From NCBI GenBank assembly GCA_963802945.1, contig CAWDKY010000015.1:64001-128000 (forward strand): a DNA stretch of 64,000 bases, read 5' to 3'. The first letter of the stretch is position 1, and the number at the start of each line of letters is the position of its first letter. A program made the position numbers and the translations under genes. The stretch is from an uncultured delta proteobacterium (lineage in GTDB: Bacteria > Desulfobacterota > RBG-13-43-22). Shown here in pieces: positions 39,966-49,306 of this stretch. Below the pieces are notes generated by a model, which searched no databases, had not been told where the DNA came from, and saw only the letters and a program-made list of their open reading frames with translations.

Positions 39966-40634
39966 ATGATCCCCCTCAAGGATGACAACCCGACCCAAAC
40001 CTTTCCTCTGATTACCATCCTTATCATCGGCATCAATATTTTAGTTTATCTCTATCAACTCAGCTTATCGACCGAGGGACTGGAGGCCTTTCTCTTTCGC
40101 TATGGAGCCATTCCTTCCCGGCTATTACACCCTTTCTTTCAAGAAAATGCTCCTCGTCAAACCTTTCCCTTCGAATTGACTATATTCAGCTCCATGTTTC
40201 TTCATGGAGGTTTAATCCATTTACTCGGGAATATGCTTTATCTGTGGATCTTTGGAGACAACGTAGAGGATTACCTGGGTCATATCAAGTTTATCTTTTT
40301 TTACTTGATGGCGGGTTTTTTTGCCGCCTTCATCCATACCCTTTCCGATCTCAACTCCCCCATACCCATGATTGGGGCCAGTGGGGCCATCGCCGGAGTC
40401 CTCGGGGCTTACCTGATCCTTTTCCCCAGAACCAATGTATCAACCCTGTTTATTTTTATTATCTTTTTCAAGATCATCAAAGTCCCGGCTGTTCTGATCC
40501 TTGGGTTGTGGTTTCTGATTCAGCTGTTAAACGCCGGCGCCGGAGGAGGCCCGGTGGCCTGGTATGCTCATGTGGGGGGTTTTCTGACCGGGGTCATTCT
40601 GATACGGACCTTCAAAGCGATCCGCTTAAAGTGA
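39966..40634 (+). CDS. rhomboid intramembrane serine protease
   Basis: SMFLHGG..HLLGNM, IGASGAIAG, AHVGGF. Confidence 0.95.
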   Translation: MIPLKDDNPTQTFPLITILIIGINILVYLYQLSLSTEGLEAFLFRYGAIPSRLLHPFFQENAPRQTFPFELTIFSSMFLHGGLIHLLGNMLYLWIFGDNVEDYLGHIKFIFFYLMAGFFAAFIHTLSDLNSPIPMIGASGAIAGVLGAYLILFPRTNVSTLFIFIIFFKIIKVPAVLILGLWFLIQLLNAGAGGGPVAWYAHVGGFLTGVILIRTFKAIRLK

Positions 40635-40714
40635 AATAAGAAAAAGATCCAAAGGGTCAAGGGCACTACTTAGAAAGCCAAAAGACCTGAAGGTTTGGGA
40701 GAAAACCACGGGAA

Positions 40715-41191
40715 TTAATTCCGGTCCTTTTCCCTTTTCCTTTCGACTATGCCCTGAATCTCTATTTTCTTCAAATGATCCAAAAGAATTTGATAAGTCC
40801 CTGCCTTGATCTTCCCATAAGCCGTAACTCCTTTTTCCAAAAAAAGATTCATTTGACTGTGATCAGTCAACTCCACTTTGGCGGCTATTCCTTTGGACTC
40901 CGAAGAAAGGGCGATAACCCGGATCTGACTAAAGGGAACAGTTACCCGGCCAGCCCCCAACTTTCCGGTTAAATAGGTTTGGCCGTTGATACTGAATTGG
41001 TTCAGAGCCAGGGTCAGACCTTCGCTGTCGGTAATGACAACCGCAACCTCTTTGTCGGGAACCGGTATCACCCCGGGTTTCCCCGGTTGGCCCATGTTAC
41101 CCATACCCAATAAAAATAATGCTGCCACCATAATACTGGCCAGGCCGAATCGAGACTTCATCATTCTTTTTCCTTTCCCTTTCATCCCCAT
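40715..41191 (-). CDS. conserved hypothetical exported protein
   Basis: Hydrophobic N-terminus LFLLGMG; overlaps the nadK end; true start uncertain. Confidence 0.75.
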   Translation of the reverse strand: MGMKGKGKRMMKSRFGLASIMVAALFLLGMGNMGQPGKPGVIPVPDKEVAVVITDSEGLTLALNQFSINGQTYLTGKLGAGRVTVPFSQIRVIALSSESKGIAAKVELTDHSQMNLFLEKGVTAYGKIKAGTYQILLDHLKKIEIQGIVERKREKDRN

Positions 41192-42015
41192 TTCAATTTT
41201 GTTCGAAGGACTTCAAAATAATTTTTGAAAGGGGTTTTAATCAATTGGACGGATTTAGCCGCTTTTTGAACCCGCACCACATCTCCGGCTTGTAAAGGAT
41301 ATCCTACCTGCCCGTCAAAAGTCAACCAGACCTCACTGGCCTTAGACACCAAACGAATATCAATGACCGCATCGTCCTGGAGAATCAACGGGCGGTTGGT
41401 CAGAGTGAAGGGGCAAATGGGGGTAATGAGAATGGTCTTCAAGGACGGATGCAGGATCGGTCCGCCGGCGGATAGATTATAAGCCGTTGATCCCGTCGGG
41501 GTGGCTACGATCAGCCCATCCCCGCGATAGGAGGTCAGGAATTGACCGCCTATATTGGTTTCTATATCAATGATCCGGGCCAAAGCCCCCTTATTAACAA
41601 CCACGTCATTTAAAAAAGGAACCACAGGAAGGTCTTCCTCGGCCCTAATAATCCGTCCCGTCAATACCATCCGATTTTCAGTCTCATAATCTCCTTTGAG
41701 GATCCTTTCAAAAAGAAGACGGAATTCCTCCAGTCCGATTTCAGTTAAAAACCCCAAACCGCCTAAATTTACCCCCAGGACTGGGGCTTCCAGATGGCCG
41801 TAAAGGCGGGCCGCTTTAAGCAAAGTCCCATCACCACCTAAAACCACCACCAGATCCAAAGGTTCATGGGGCGGCCGAACTTCAAAGGCTGAAGACTCTT
41901 CTTTTTCGTCCCAAAGAACCAAAATCCCTTTTTCCTTTTCCAGCCAGGTCTTGATTTTCAGGGCTTCTTGATAGGCAAAGGGAATATTTTTAACTACCAA
42001 TCGAATCTGTTTCAC
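41182..42015 (-). CDS. nadK: NAD kinase
   Basis: LGGDGT, LGFL, ND, GDGLIVATPTGSTAYNLSAGGP. Confidence 0.96.
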   Translation of the reverse strand: MKQIRLVVKNIPFAYQEALKIKTWLEKEKGILVLWDEKEESSAFEVRPPHEPLDLVVVLGGDGTLLKAARLYGHLEAPVLGVNLGGLGFLTEIGLEEFRLLFERILKGDYETENRMVLTGRIIRAEEDLPVVPFLNDVVVNKGALARIIDIETNIGGQFLTSYRGDGLIVATPTGSTAYNLSAGGPILHPSLKTILITPICPFTLTNRPLILQDDAVIDIRLVSKASEVWLTFDGQVGYPLQAGDVVRVQKAAKSVQLIKTPFKNYFEVLRTKLKWG

Positions 42016-42200
42016 TTGGTTCTCCGTTAATCAGAAGGTCCTATGGCTATTAAATTATATTCTAATACAACTATGAGAATTTTTTATAAATTCTTCCAAT
42101 TGGAGTGATGGAGTATTGGATTTTTAACCATCACTCCACCACTCCATTACTCCATCGTTTGATATTTTGGTCAGGTTTTCAAATTAGTCCTGATCTTTTA

Positions 42201-44432
42201 TCATGCCCCTAAAGGCAATTCTATGGTAAAAATGGTCCCTGTGGGGCCATTATTTTTAACTCGAATATGGCCGTGATGATCCGAGATAATAGAGCTGACA
42301 ATAGTCAATCCCAGGCCGGTCCCCCCCTTTTTGGTGGAAAAATAAGGGACAAAAAGTCGGTCTCTATCTCGGGGTGCAATCCCAATACCGGTGTCGATAA
42401 CTTCAATACGGGCCATTGCCAAAAACGGATCGTAATCGGTCCGGACCTTTATGGAACCGCCGTTTTCAACGGCTGCCACCGCATTATCCAACAAATTGAG
42501 CATCACCCTTTTCATCTGTTCCCGATCCAGGGGAAATTGGGGCAGGTTCGGTTCGGCCATAAAGGAAAAATCGATAGTTTTGTGGTTCTCCCGGTACAAA
42601 ATCAGGACTTCTTGAATAATGGCATTCAGGTCATTCAGGGACAGGGTTGTCGCCGGCAAGCGGCCAAAGGTAAAAAATTCATTGACCAGGCCAATCAATT
42701 CATCCACTTGATTGATGATGGTCTGAGTGCATTCATCAAAAATTTCTTTTTCTTTTCCTTCGGACAAAAGGTGGGAATATTTTTTACGCAAACGTTGGGC
42801 CGATAATTTGATGGGGGTCAACGGGTTTTTGATTTCATGGGCCAGGCGTCTGGCCACCTCTCTCCAGGCCGCCACCTTCTGGACTTTTTCGATCTCGGTT
42901 AAATCATCAAAGACCAGAACCATCCCTAAATTTCGTTTTTCCTCGTCCTGTAACAAGGAGACTTTCACTAATAAAGTCAATGTCTTATCCGAAAGCGGAA
43001 CTTGAATGGTTCGCTCGAGGGTCCCTCTTTTAATCAAGTCCAGATTGACCAGCAGGTCGTGAAGCATAACCTTTTGTTCAGGACGAAGCACATCCTGATA
43101 CCGTTTTCCAAGGACCTCCTCGGTCTTTAATCGAAGCATTTCCCTGGCCGAGTGGTTAATGGTGCTGATCCGTCCATCGGCATCTATGGAAATAACCCCG
43201 GTTCCGATATTGGCCAGGACCGTCTCCATGTATTGTTTCCGTTGATTGATTTCCTCGGTGCTCTTCCATAATTTTTGATAGGTCTGTTCGATCTCTTCCT
43301 TGCCTTTTCTTAAATCGGAAGTCATTTTATTGAAGGAACTAACCAACAAGCCGAATTCATCTTTGGCCTCCAAGTCAATGGAAAAGTCATAGTCGCCCTG
43401 GGCGATCCTCAAGGTCCCTTCGGCCAGCTTTTGGATCGGGACCGTCATCCCTTTGGCCAGGTAAAAGCCAAACCAAGTGGCGGAAAAAAGGATCAATAAG
43501 GAGACGATGGAAAGAACGATCAGATAGATGAATTTAATGGGGTTTTTCAACATCTGCATCTGCCGATACCCTTCCAGGCCAGTAGAAATGGTTTCCATTT
43601 TTTTGAGTAAGACCCTCGGAAAATAGGAAGCGACCACCACGGTAGCCAGGGTTTTCCGGGCCTGGAAATTATCCCAGACCGGAACCCCGGCAACAAAAAA
43701 ATCCCCCTCCGAAGTGGATTGTACCTCGGAAATTCCCTTGGGCTGAAAGCCTTTTTGTATAAGACTTAGGGGTGGTTCTTTAAAGAATTGCAGATAGGTC
43801 TCTGAAGTCACGACACGAACTTTTTGTTCCAGATTGGGCAAATAAAGGCCGACCCAGGCCAATCCGTATTCCTGACGTTTGTCCTGGATATTCCGTATGA
43901 TCCCTTCCTGATCGTTTTTGGTTATAAGGCCGGACTGACTCAGATCAAGACTAAGTTGTTGGGCATATATCCGGGTTCCCCGCTGGGAAGCCTGATAATA
44001 GGCCCGGCCCACGTCGACAGAGTCCTGCAGGGATTTCTCGATATGAATATTAAACGAGTAATCCATGCCCATGGCCATGAATTCATAGGCGATAAAAAAC
44101 AGGACGATGGTCGGCACCAGAGAAAGGGTGATAAATCCGATGATTAACCGGGTCCGGATCTTTGATCCCAGGATCTTTCGTCTTCTTTCGGTGACCAGCT
44201 TAAGCAGGTTTCGCACGACCAAAAAGATCAACAGGAAAAGCAAAATAATGTTGACGTTGATTAAAGCAAAAAGGATGACCCGTTGGGATAGGGAAAAGGG
44301 GAAATCGGGCCGAAGGATATTAGTTTCCCAAAAGGTCAGTCCGAGGACCACCAGGATGGTGATAATGATAATCAAGCGTTCTCTTTTTTTTCGCCGCTGT
44401 TCTTTTTGTTCTTCTGATAAAAGGGGGTTCAT
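42201..44432 (-). CDS. NtrY-like HAMP/PAS sensor histidine kinase
   Basis: TM segments, HAMP, PAS, AWREVARRLAHEIKNPLTPIKLSAQRL, HATPase; start set at ATG 44432. Confidence 0.92.
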   Translation of the reverse strand: MNPLLSEEQKEQRRKKRERLIIIITILVVLGLTFWETNILRPDFPFSLSQRVILFALINVNIILLFLLIFLVVRNLLKLVTERRRKILGSKIRTRLIIGFITLSLVPTIVLFFIAYEFMAMGMDYSFNIHIEKSLQDSVDVGRAYYQASQRGTRIYAQQLSLDLSQSGLITKNDQEGIIRNIQDKRQEYGLAWVGLYLPNLEQKVRVVTSETYLQFFKEPPLSLIQKGFQPKGISEVQSTSEGDFFVAGVPVWDNFQARKTLATVVVASYFPRVLLKKMETISTGLEGYRQMQMLKNPIKFIYLIVLSIVSLLILFSATWFGFYLAKGMTVPIQKLAEGTLRIAQGDYDFSIDLEAKDEFGLLVSSFNKMTSDLRKGKEEIEQTYQKLWKSTEEINQRKQYMETVLANIGTGVISIDADGRISTINHSAREMLRLKTEEVLGKRYQDVLRPEQKVMLHDLLVNLDLIKRGTLERTIQVPLSDKTLTLLVKVSLLQDEEKRNLGMVLVFDDLTEIEKVQKVAAWREVARRLAHEIKNPLTPIKLSAQRLRKKYSHLLSEGKEKEIFDECTQTIINQVDELIGLVNEFFTFGRLPATTLSLNDLNAIIQEVLILYRENHKTIDFSFMAEPNLPQFPLDREQMKRVMLNLLDNAVAAVENGGSIKVRTDYDPFLAMARIEVIDTGIGIAPRDRDRLFVPYFSTKKGGTGLGLTIVSSIISDHHGHIRVKNNGPTGTIFTIELPLGA

Positions 44433-44460
44433 GGACCTACCGGAGAAGGGAGTTCCTCTA

Positions 44461-45057
44461 TTAATAGATGAAATCCACTTGATACCAATCCGTTTCAAAA
44501 TCCCATAAGGAAACAAAAAACAAAAGGTAATGGAGGTATAAAGGAAGCCTGACTTTATTAAGCTCTGCCTTTATCCGTAATTGATACTGGTTGTTCCTTT
44601 CCAGGGCCTGAAGAGGGATCAGTTGAATATTACTGACATCGGCCATCATCTCCTGGGCTTTAGAAAATTCCTTGACGACAAAAATCTGATTGCCCCGTTC
44701 GCTTAATTGAATGGAATATTCATCCCTTAGAGAATCATATTTAACAGTATGATGTAATTTTAGAGAGGCGATACGTTTATTGGGCCAAATGGAACGGGGT
44801 TTATATAGTTCAACCAGGAAGGTAAAGGTGGTTGGTATCCCATTGTGGATCGCTTTATTCATTTCGGGCGTAAAACAGCCTTTGGTAAAAAAATAAACCA
44901 ATAGATGGTCCTGATTATTGGTGACAATACTATCGGCAATTTGGGCTTGTTTGCTGAAGGCCGTTATTGGGCCGGAGAGAAGCAAGGAAAGAAAAATCAG
45001 GGAAACACCGAGAATTTTCAGTAAAGAAGAACGCTTTTCCAAAATAATTCGCTTCAT
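44461..45057 (-). CDS. DUF4390-like periplasmic protein
   Basis: Signal peptide, GIPTTFTF, SLWDFETDW; usual position upstream of an ntrY-like kinase. Confidence 0.8.
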   Translation of the reverse strand: MKRIILEKRSSLLKILGVSLIFLSLLLSGPITAFSKQAQIADSIVTNNQDHLLVYFFTKGCFTPEMNKAIHNGIPTTFTFLVELYKPRSIWPNKRIASLKLHHTVKYDSLRDEYSIQLSERGNQIFVVKEFSKAQEMMADVSNIQLIPLQALERNNQYQLRIKAELNKVRLPLYLHYLLFFVSLWDFETDWYQVDFIY

Positions 45058-45306
45058 TATTCTATAGTATCAAAAAGACAAAAAAATGCAAGCCCTTTCC
45101 AATCCGGCGACCTGATGGACATTATAGGAGAAGTTGGTTTTAAAAGACCTCCCTGGAGCCCAATTACCAAGAGGCTGTTTTTCCCCTTTCCAGCGGTTGT
45201 ATTCTGAATGGTCAGGTAGTTAAAATTTTGAAGAACGGCTGCAACGATTTTCTTCAGAAACATTCGCCATGGGCGAGTTTTTTAGAAAAATACGGGAAGT
45301 GCTGGG

Positions 45307-45459
45307 CTAGACCTTGTCTATATTATTTTCTTTGTCTTGCCCTTCAACCTGGCAAGAAGAGGAAGGCATTCAACCTTGTATTCCAAGCTTCGGAAAAATC
45401 CACCGATTCAAAGCATACCACCCAGCGATAATAATCAATAACCAGATAATCGTTTTCAT
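45307..45459 (-). CDS. candidate 50-aa single-TM selenoprotein (Sec30 at TGA 45370-45372)
   Basis: AGGAG RBS; MKTIIWLLIIIAGWYALNRWIFPKLGIQG-U-MPSSSCQVEGQDKENNIDKV; hairpin TCTTGCC-AGGTTGAAG-GGCAAGA with loop 19 nt after UGA. Confidence 0.65.
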
Positions 45460-45513
45460 TTTCACTCCTAAAAAATATTAAGAACGCACGGTTCTTATTA
45501 TTACTTACGATGC

Positions 45514-45720
45514 TCAGGAAAATCCAGAAGAAGATGGACCGCAGGTGGAAGGCAATGGAATTTCACCGGTTTGTCCTCCTGCCTGGGAAAAAGTCGAAAG
45601 CAATCGATCCACCTTTTCCCCTTTACAAAAAGGACACTCAATGCCCTCCTTTTTTGAATTCCAGACTATCTTTTTAAATATCCGGTCACATTCTAAACAA
45701 CGATATTCATAAATAGGCAT
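45514..45720 (-). CDS. FmdB-family zinc-ribbon protein (possible Sec read-through to 45505)
   Basis: AAGGAGG RBS; MPIYEYRCLEC...CPFC...RLLSTF...CGPSSSGFS-TGA. Confidence 0.9.
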   Translation of the reverse strand: MPIYEYRCLECDRIFKKIVWNSKKEGIECPFCKGEKVDRLLSTFSQAGGQTGEIPLPSTCGPSSSGFS

Positions 45721-45823
45721 ACCCGCCTCCTTCGCCTCTTTTAAGAAAATAGCTAAACTCGACGTTACAAAGATTAATTGATAAGATAACAATCAATATC
45801 CGTTTGTCAAGGATTCGGCTGTC

Positions 45824-46513
45824 TTAAGGTTCAATCCGGACTTTAGTCCCGATCGGTATTTGATCAAACAGTTCCTGCATATGGAAATTGATCAAGGCGA
45901 TACACCCTTGAGTCCAATCCACTCCTATCCCTTCCCCGTGGATCTCGATTAACCCTCCGATCCCAATGTCTTCGGAAAACTGCTTGTTTTTTAAGGCCTG
46001 TTCATAACGAATGCGATCCGAATCATTCGGATAGTCAAGAACTAAGGCCAGATAGAATTTGGTTTGACCTTGATTTTTTTTCTCAACAATCCGGTATTCC
46101 CCTTCCGGGGTTTTCATGTCTCCCTGATGGACTTTTGGCCCTTCAGGGCTTTCTCCTAGGTCAATGGGATACCATTTCAGCAATTCTCCCTCTTGGAAAA
46201 GGAACAGTTTTCGTTGTTTTTTTTTGACTACGATTTGCCATGATTCGGGGGGAAGGACTTGGACCATATCTTTCAAGGGGGACAGAACTGGGACGGGGGG
46301 AGGAATATCATCCACAATTCGGGCCGTCAAAGCCAGTTCCTCTGACGAAGGCTGGTTGGGAGTCGGACCCGGAGGCAAGGGGACGGCCGTCGCTGTTGGG
46401 GGAGGCGGGATTACCCGGCTGCAGGATAACAATCCCAGAAAGAGAAAGGTCGAGAAAAACAGAAATAAGATTCGACTAAAATAACCGTGGCTGATTGCAA
46501 GCTTGCCGTTCAT
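45824..46513 (-). CDS. L,D-transpeptidase (YkuD) lipoprotein
   Basis: LLSC lipobox, GDMKTPEG, IEIHG...WTQGCIAL. Confidence 0.92.
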   Translation of the reverse strand: MNGKLAISHGYFSRILFLFFSTFLFLGLLSCSRVIPPPPTATAVPLPPGPTPNQPSSEELALTARIVDDIPPPVPVLSPLKDMVQVLPPESWQIVVKKKQRKLFLFQEGELLKWYPIDLGESPEGPKVHQGDMKTPEGEYRIVEKKNQGQTKFYLALVLDYPNDSDRIRYEQALKNKQFSEDIGIGGLIEIHGEGIGVDWTQGCIALINFHMQELFDQIPIGTKVRIEP

Positions 46514-46686
46514 GTTCTCCAGGGTTTTTGAGTATTTCCTTTTAAAATCTGTAACAAGGATGGGCCTATTGTCAAGAGAATAATTCCCTAAAAAATAGGC
46601 GTCTAAATTTCTCTTTAACAGTTAATAAAAGAGGTTTCCTTTTACTGCGGTTGAGAAGACAGGTTATCATGTTTTCTTTTTCCTTT

Positions 46687-47553
46687 TTATCGAATGACTT
46701 GTCCTCTCTTGGGCAACGAGCCAGATTTTTTCAATTGTTCCGGCAGGGCGAGATAGAAATGACTTTCCTTTTCCCTGCCTCGTTTTAAGCACCCCTGCCC
46801 ATAAATACAGCATTTGGCTTTCAGTTCCTTGAAGGCTAGGTCGTATTGCGCGGCAGTTAACTGTCCCGAACCTAAAATTTTTACCAGGGACTGAATACGA
46901 AAGCGATCCAAGGCAGGCGTAGTTCGAGAGAGCTGGTCTCGGTGTCCGCCCCGTTTGACCACTAAGGGCTGGTCGATCAAAAAAATGGGGAATTGGGCCG
47001 AAATCCTGAGCCAGAGGTCATAATCTTCACAGGCCGGCAGGGTCTCATCAAAACAACCCACCTGCTCGAATAATTCCCTTTGAATCATCACGGCTGAGGG
47101 ACTGACCAGACATAGCAGGAGAGAAGGGGCAAAAATATCGCCTGAATATTTTCGATGCTTTTTACGGGGATTCACCCGGCGGCCGTTGCGAATCCAGATC
47201 TCTTGGGTCTGACAAATCATGGCTTCAGGGTTTTTGGAAAAGAAGTCGATCTGTGTTTCTAATTTTTCGGGCAGCCAGAGGTCATCGTCATCCAAAAAGG
47301 CGACCCATTTTCCTTTGGCCGTTTGGATTCCTCGGTTACGGGCCGCACTAACCCCCTGATGGTCTTGGAAGCTGTAAATTAAACGACCTTTATATGGGCT
47401 GAGGACCTCCGCCGTTCCGTCAATGGACCCGTCGTCGACAACGATCAATTCAAAATCTGCAAAGGTTTGTTTAAAAATGGAGTCAACAGCCTCGAGGACA
47501 AAGAAAGACCGATTGTAGGTTGGAACAATGACACTTACCAGAGGAGTAGGCAT
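46687..47553 (-). CDS. GT2 glycosyltransferase
   Basis: VSVIVPTYNR, VDDGS, AFLDDDD, EDYDLWLR. Confidence 0.93.
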   Translation of the reverse strand: MPTPLVSVIVPTYNRSFFVLEAVDSIFKQTFADFELIVVDDGSIDGTAEVLSPYKGRLIYSFQDHQGVSAARNRGIQTAKGKWVAFLDDDDLWLPEKLETQIDFFSKNPEAMICQTQEIWIRNGRRVNPRKKHRKYSGDIFAPSLLLCLVSPSAVMIQRELFEQVGCFDETLPACEDYDLWLRISAQFPIFLIDQPLVVKRGGHRDQLSRTTPALDRFRIQSLVKILGSGQLTAAQYDLAFKELKAKCCIYGQGCLKRGREKESHFYLALPEQLKKSGSLPKRGQVIR

Positions 47554-47569
47554 AGAAATTTAGAAAGAG

Positions 47570-49297
47570 TCACGGTATCAATAAGGCAGTCATTCCGGCC
47601 AGAATAAATCCGGCGTCCACCATAGTCTCGAAAAAGACATTCCCGGGCAAAGCCCGATTTTTTTCATAAATAATGAGAAAACCAAATTGGTACAAAAGGC
47701 TGATCAGCAACCATAGACTCCAAAGGGGAAGAAGCCCTCCAAGAACTCCCGCCGACAAACCCGCCATAGTCGCCAGACTGATAATTTTCAGAACATGGAT
47801 GGTTTTTTCTTCTCCGATAATAATCGGCAGGGTTTCTTTGCCAACGATCATATCGCCCTGGATATCCAAAATATCAAAAAGACCGGAGCTGATATAGACA
47901 ATAGAACAAATGACGAAAAAAATCATTATCAGAGAAAGGTTCACCGGCTGCTGTTCGGCCATGGCCGGCATCAAGGTGGTTACAGCTCCCCACCCCAGGG
48001 CCACGGAAAGGGTTTTAGATGCCGGGAGGTCTTTTATTTTTTTCATTCTGGTAAAGCGTTGCCAAACAGTCGGCACGATTTGAAAACTGTAGAGGATGCC
48101 CAAGGCGCTCAAGGCGGCAAGGAATAGGAACGGAGCCCAGCCTAAGTGCAGGGCCAAGGCCAGGGAAATCAGGACGGCAGCAATTCCTGAAAAGAAGAAG
48201 GCGGATCGATGCCTTTGATAAAATTCAGAACGATCCGGATCGTTATATTCCGCTGCCCCCCGGTCAAGGAGGTGATTCAGGATGTGCATGGCATAAATAT
48301 TCAGGAAGGTTATGGTAAAATAAATCCAGTTCAAAGGGACTTGCCGCAGTCGGGAAGCGGTCAAACTCAGACACCCGGCCCCCAGGGCTATCATCAAATT
48401 GCTTTTTAATAAGAAACGTACCCAACTAAAAAGAAAGGTGCTCCAGGTGTATTCTCCCTGACCCTTAATCATCTCCAGTTTCTGGACCACCTTTCGAATC
48501 ATCCAGTTGGGAGTTGAAGCCCCGGCGGTAACACCCACGGTTTTGAATCGGCGGATTTCATTTTTATCCAATTGATCTTCCGTCTCTATATGAAAGCAGG
48601 GAGTGCCCACGGATTCGGCGATCGCCGCTAGGCGCCGGGTATTTCCGCTGTTATAACCTCCCACAACCACCAGTCCATCCACTTGCCGAGCCAGATCCCG
48701 CACTTCTTCCTGCCGTTCGTGAGTGGCATTGCAGATGGTATTAAAAATCAGACTGTTGGGAAATCGCTCTCTGATTTTTTCCACGGCCGCCTGAAAAAGG
48801 GATTCGTCCTGAGTCGTCTGGGCCACCACAATCACCTGTTTCAAATCCGGAAGGTCTTTAACCTGATCCGGATGGGTCAGGATAATTCCCCTGTCTTGAG
48901 AATAGCCCAGCAGTCCTATGACTTCCGGATGATCCCGATCACCGACAATGATCGGGGTGTATCCTTCCTGGGCATATTTCTTGATGATGGCCTGGACCTT
49001 GATCACCCTTGGACAAGTGGCGTCCACGATGGTACACCCCATCTTTTTCAGCCGATCGTGATCCTGAGGAGATATGCCGTGGGCTCGGATAACAACCGTG
49101 CCGGTCTGCCCCTCTTGAACGGGGTCCAGGATACGGATGCCTTTTTCCCCCAGCATCGATAAGACCTGAGGATTATGGATCAAGGGTCCAAAGGTGTAAA
49201 CAGGGTCGGGATAATGGTAATTGGCCTCCAGGGCCATTTCCATAGCCCGGCGGACGCCCATACAAAATCCGGCCTTTTTTGCCAGACGGACTTTCAT
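47570..49297 (-). CDS. ispH: IspH fused to a UbiA-like prenyltransferase domain
   Basis: AGFCMGV, IHN, DATCP, TICNAT, SGNT, TAGASTP; then multi-TM domain with NHLLD and DILDIQGD motifs. Confidence 0.93.
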   Translation of the reverse strand: MKVRLAKKAGFCMGVRRAMEMALEANYHYPDPVYTFGPLIHNPQVLSMLGEKGIRILDPVQEGQTGTVVIRAHGISPQDHDRLKKMGCTIVDATCPRVIKVQAIIKKYAQEGYTPIIVGDRDHPEVIGLLGYSQDRGIILTHPDQVKDLPDLKQVIVVAQTTQDESLFQAAVEKIRERFPNSLIFNTICNATHERQEEVRDLARQVDGLVVVGGYNSGNTRRLAAIAESVGTPCFHIETEDQLDKNEIRRFKTVGVTAGASTPNWMIRKVVQKLEMIKGQGEYTWSTFLFSWVRFLLKSNLMIALGAGCLSLTASRLRQVPLNWIYFTITFLNIYAMHILNHLLDRGAAEYNDPDRSEFYQRHRSAFFFSGIAAVLISLALALHLGWAPFLFLAALSALGILYSFQIVPTVWQRFTRMKKIKDLPASKTLSVALGWGAVTTLMPAMAEQQPVNLSLIMIFFVICSIVYISSGLFDILDIQGDMIVGKETLPIIIGEEKTIHVLKIISLATMAGLSAGVLGGLLPLWSLWLLISLLYQFGFLIIYEKNRALPGNVFFETMVDAGFILAGMTALLIP

Positions 49298-49306
49298 AAA
49301 TTTAGT

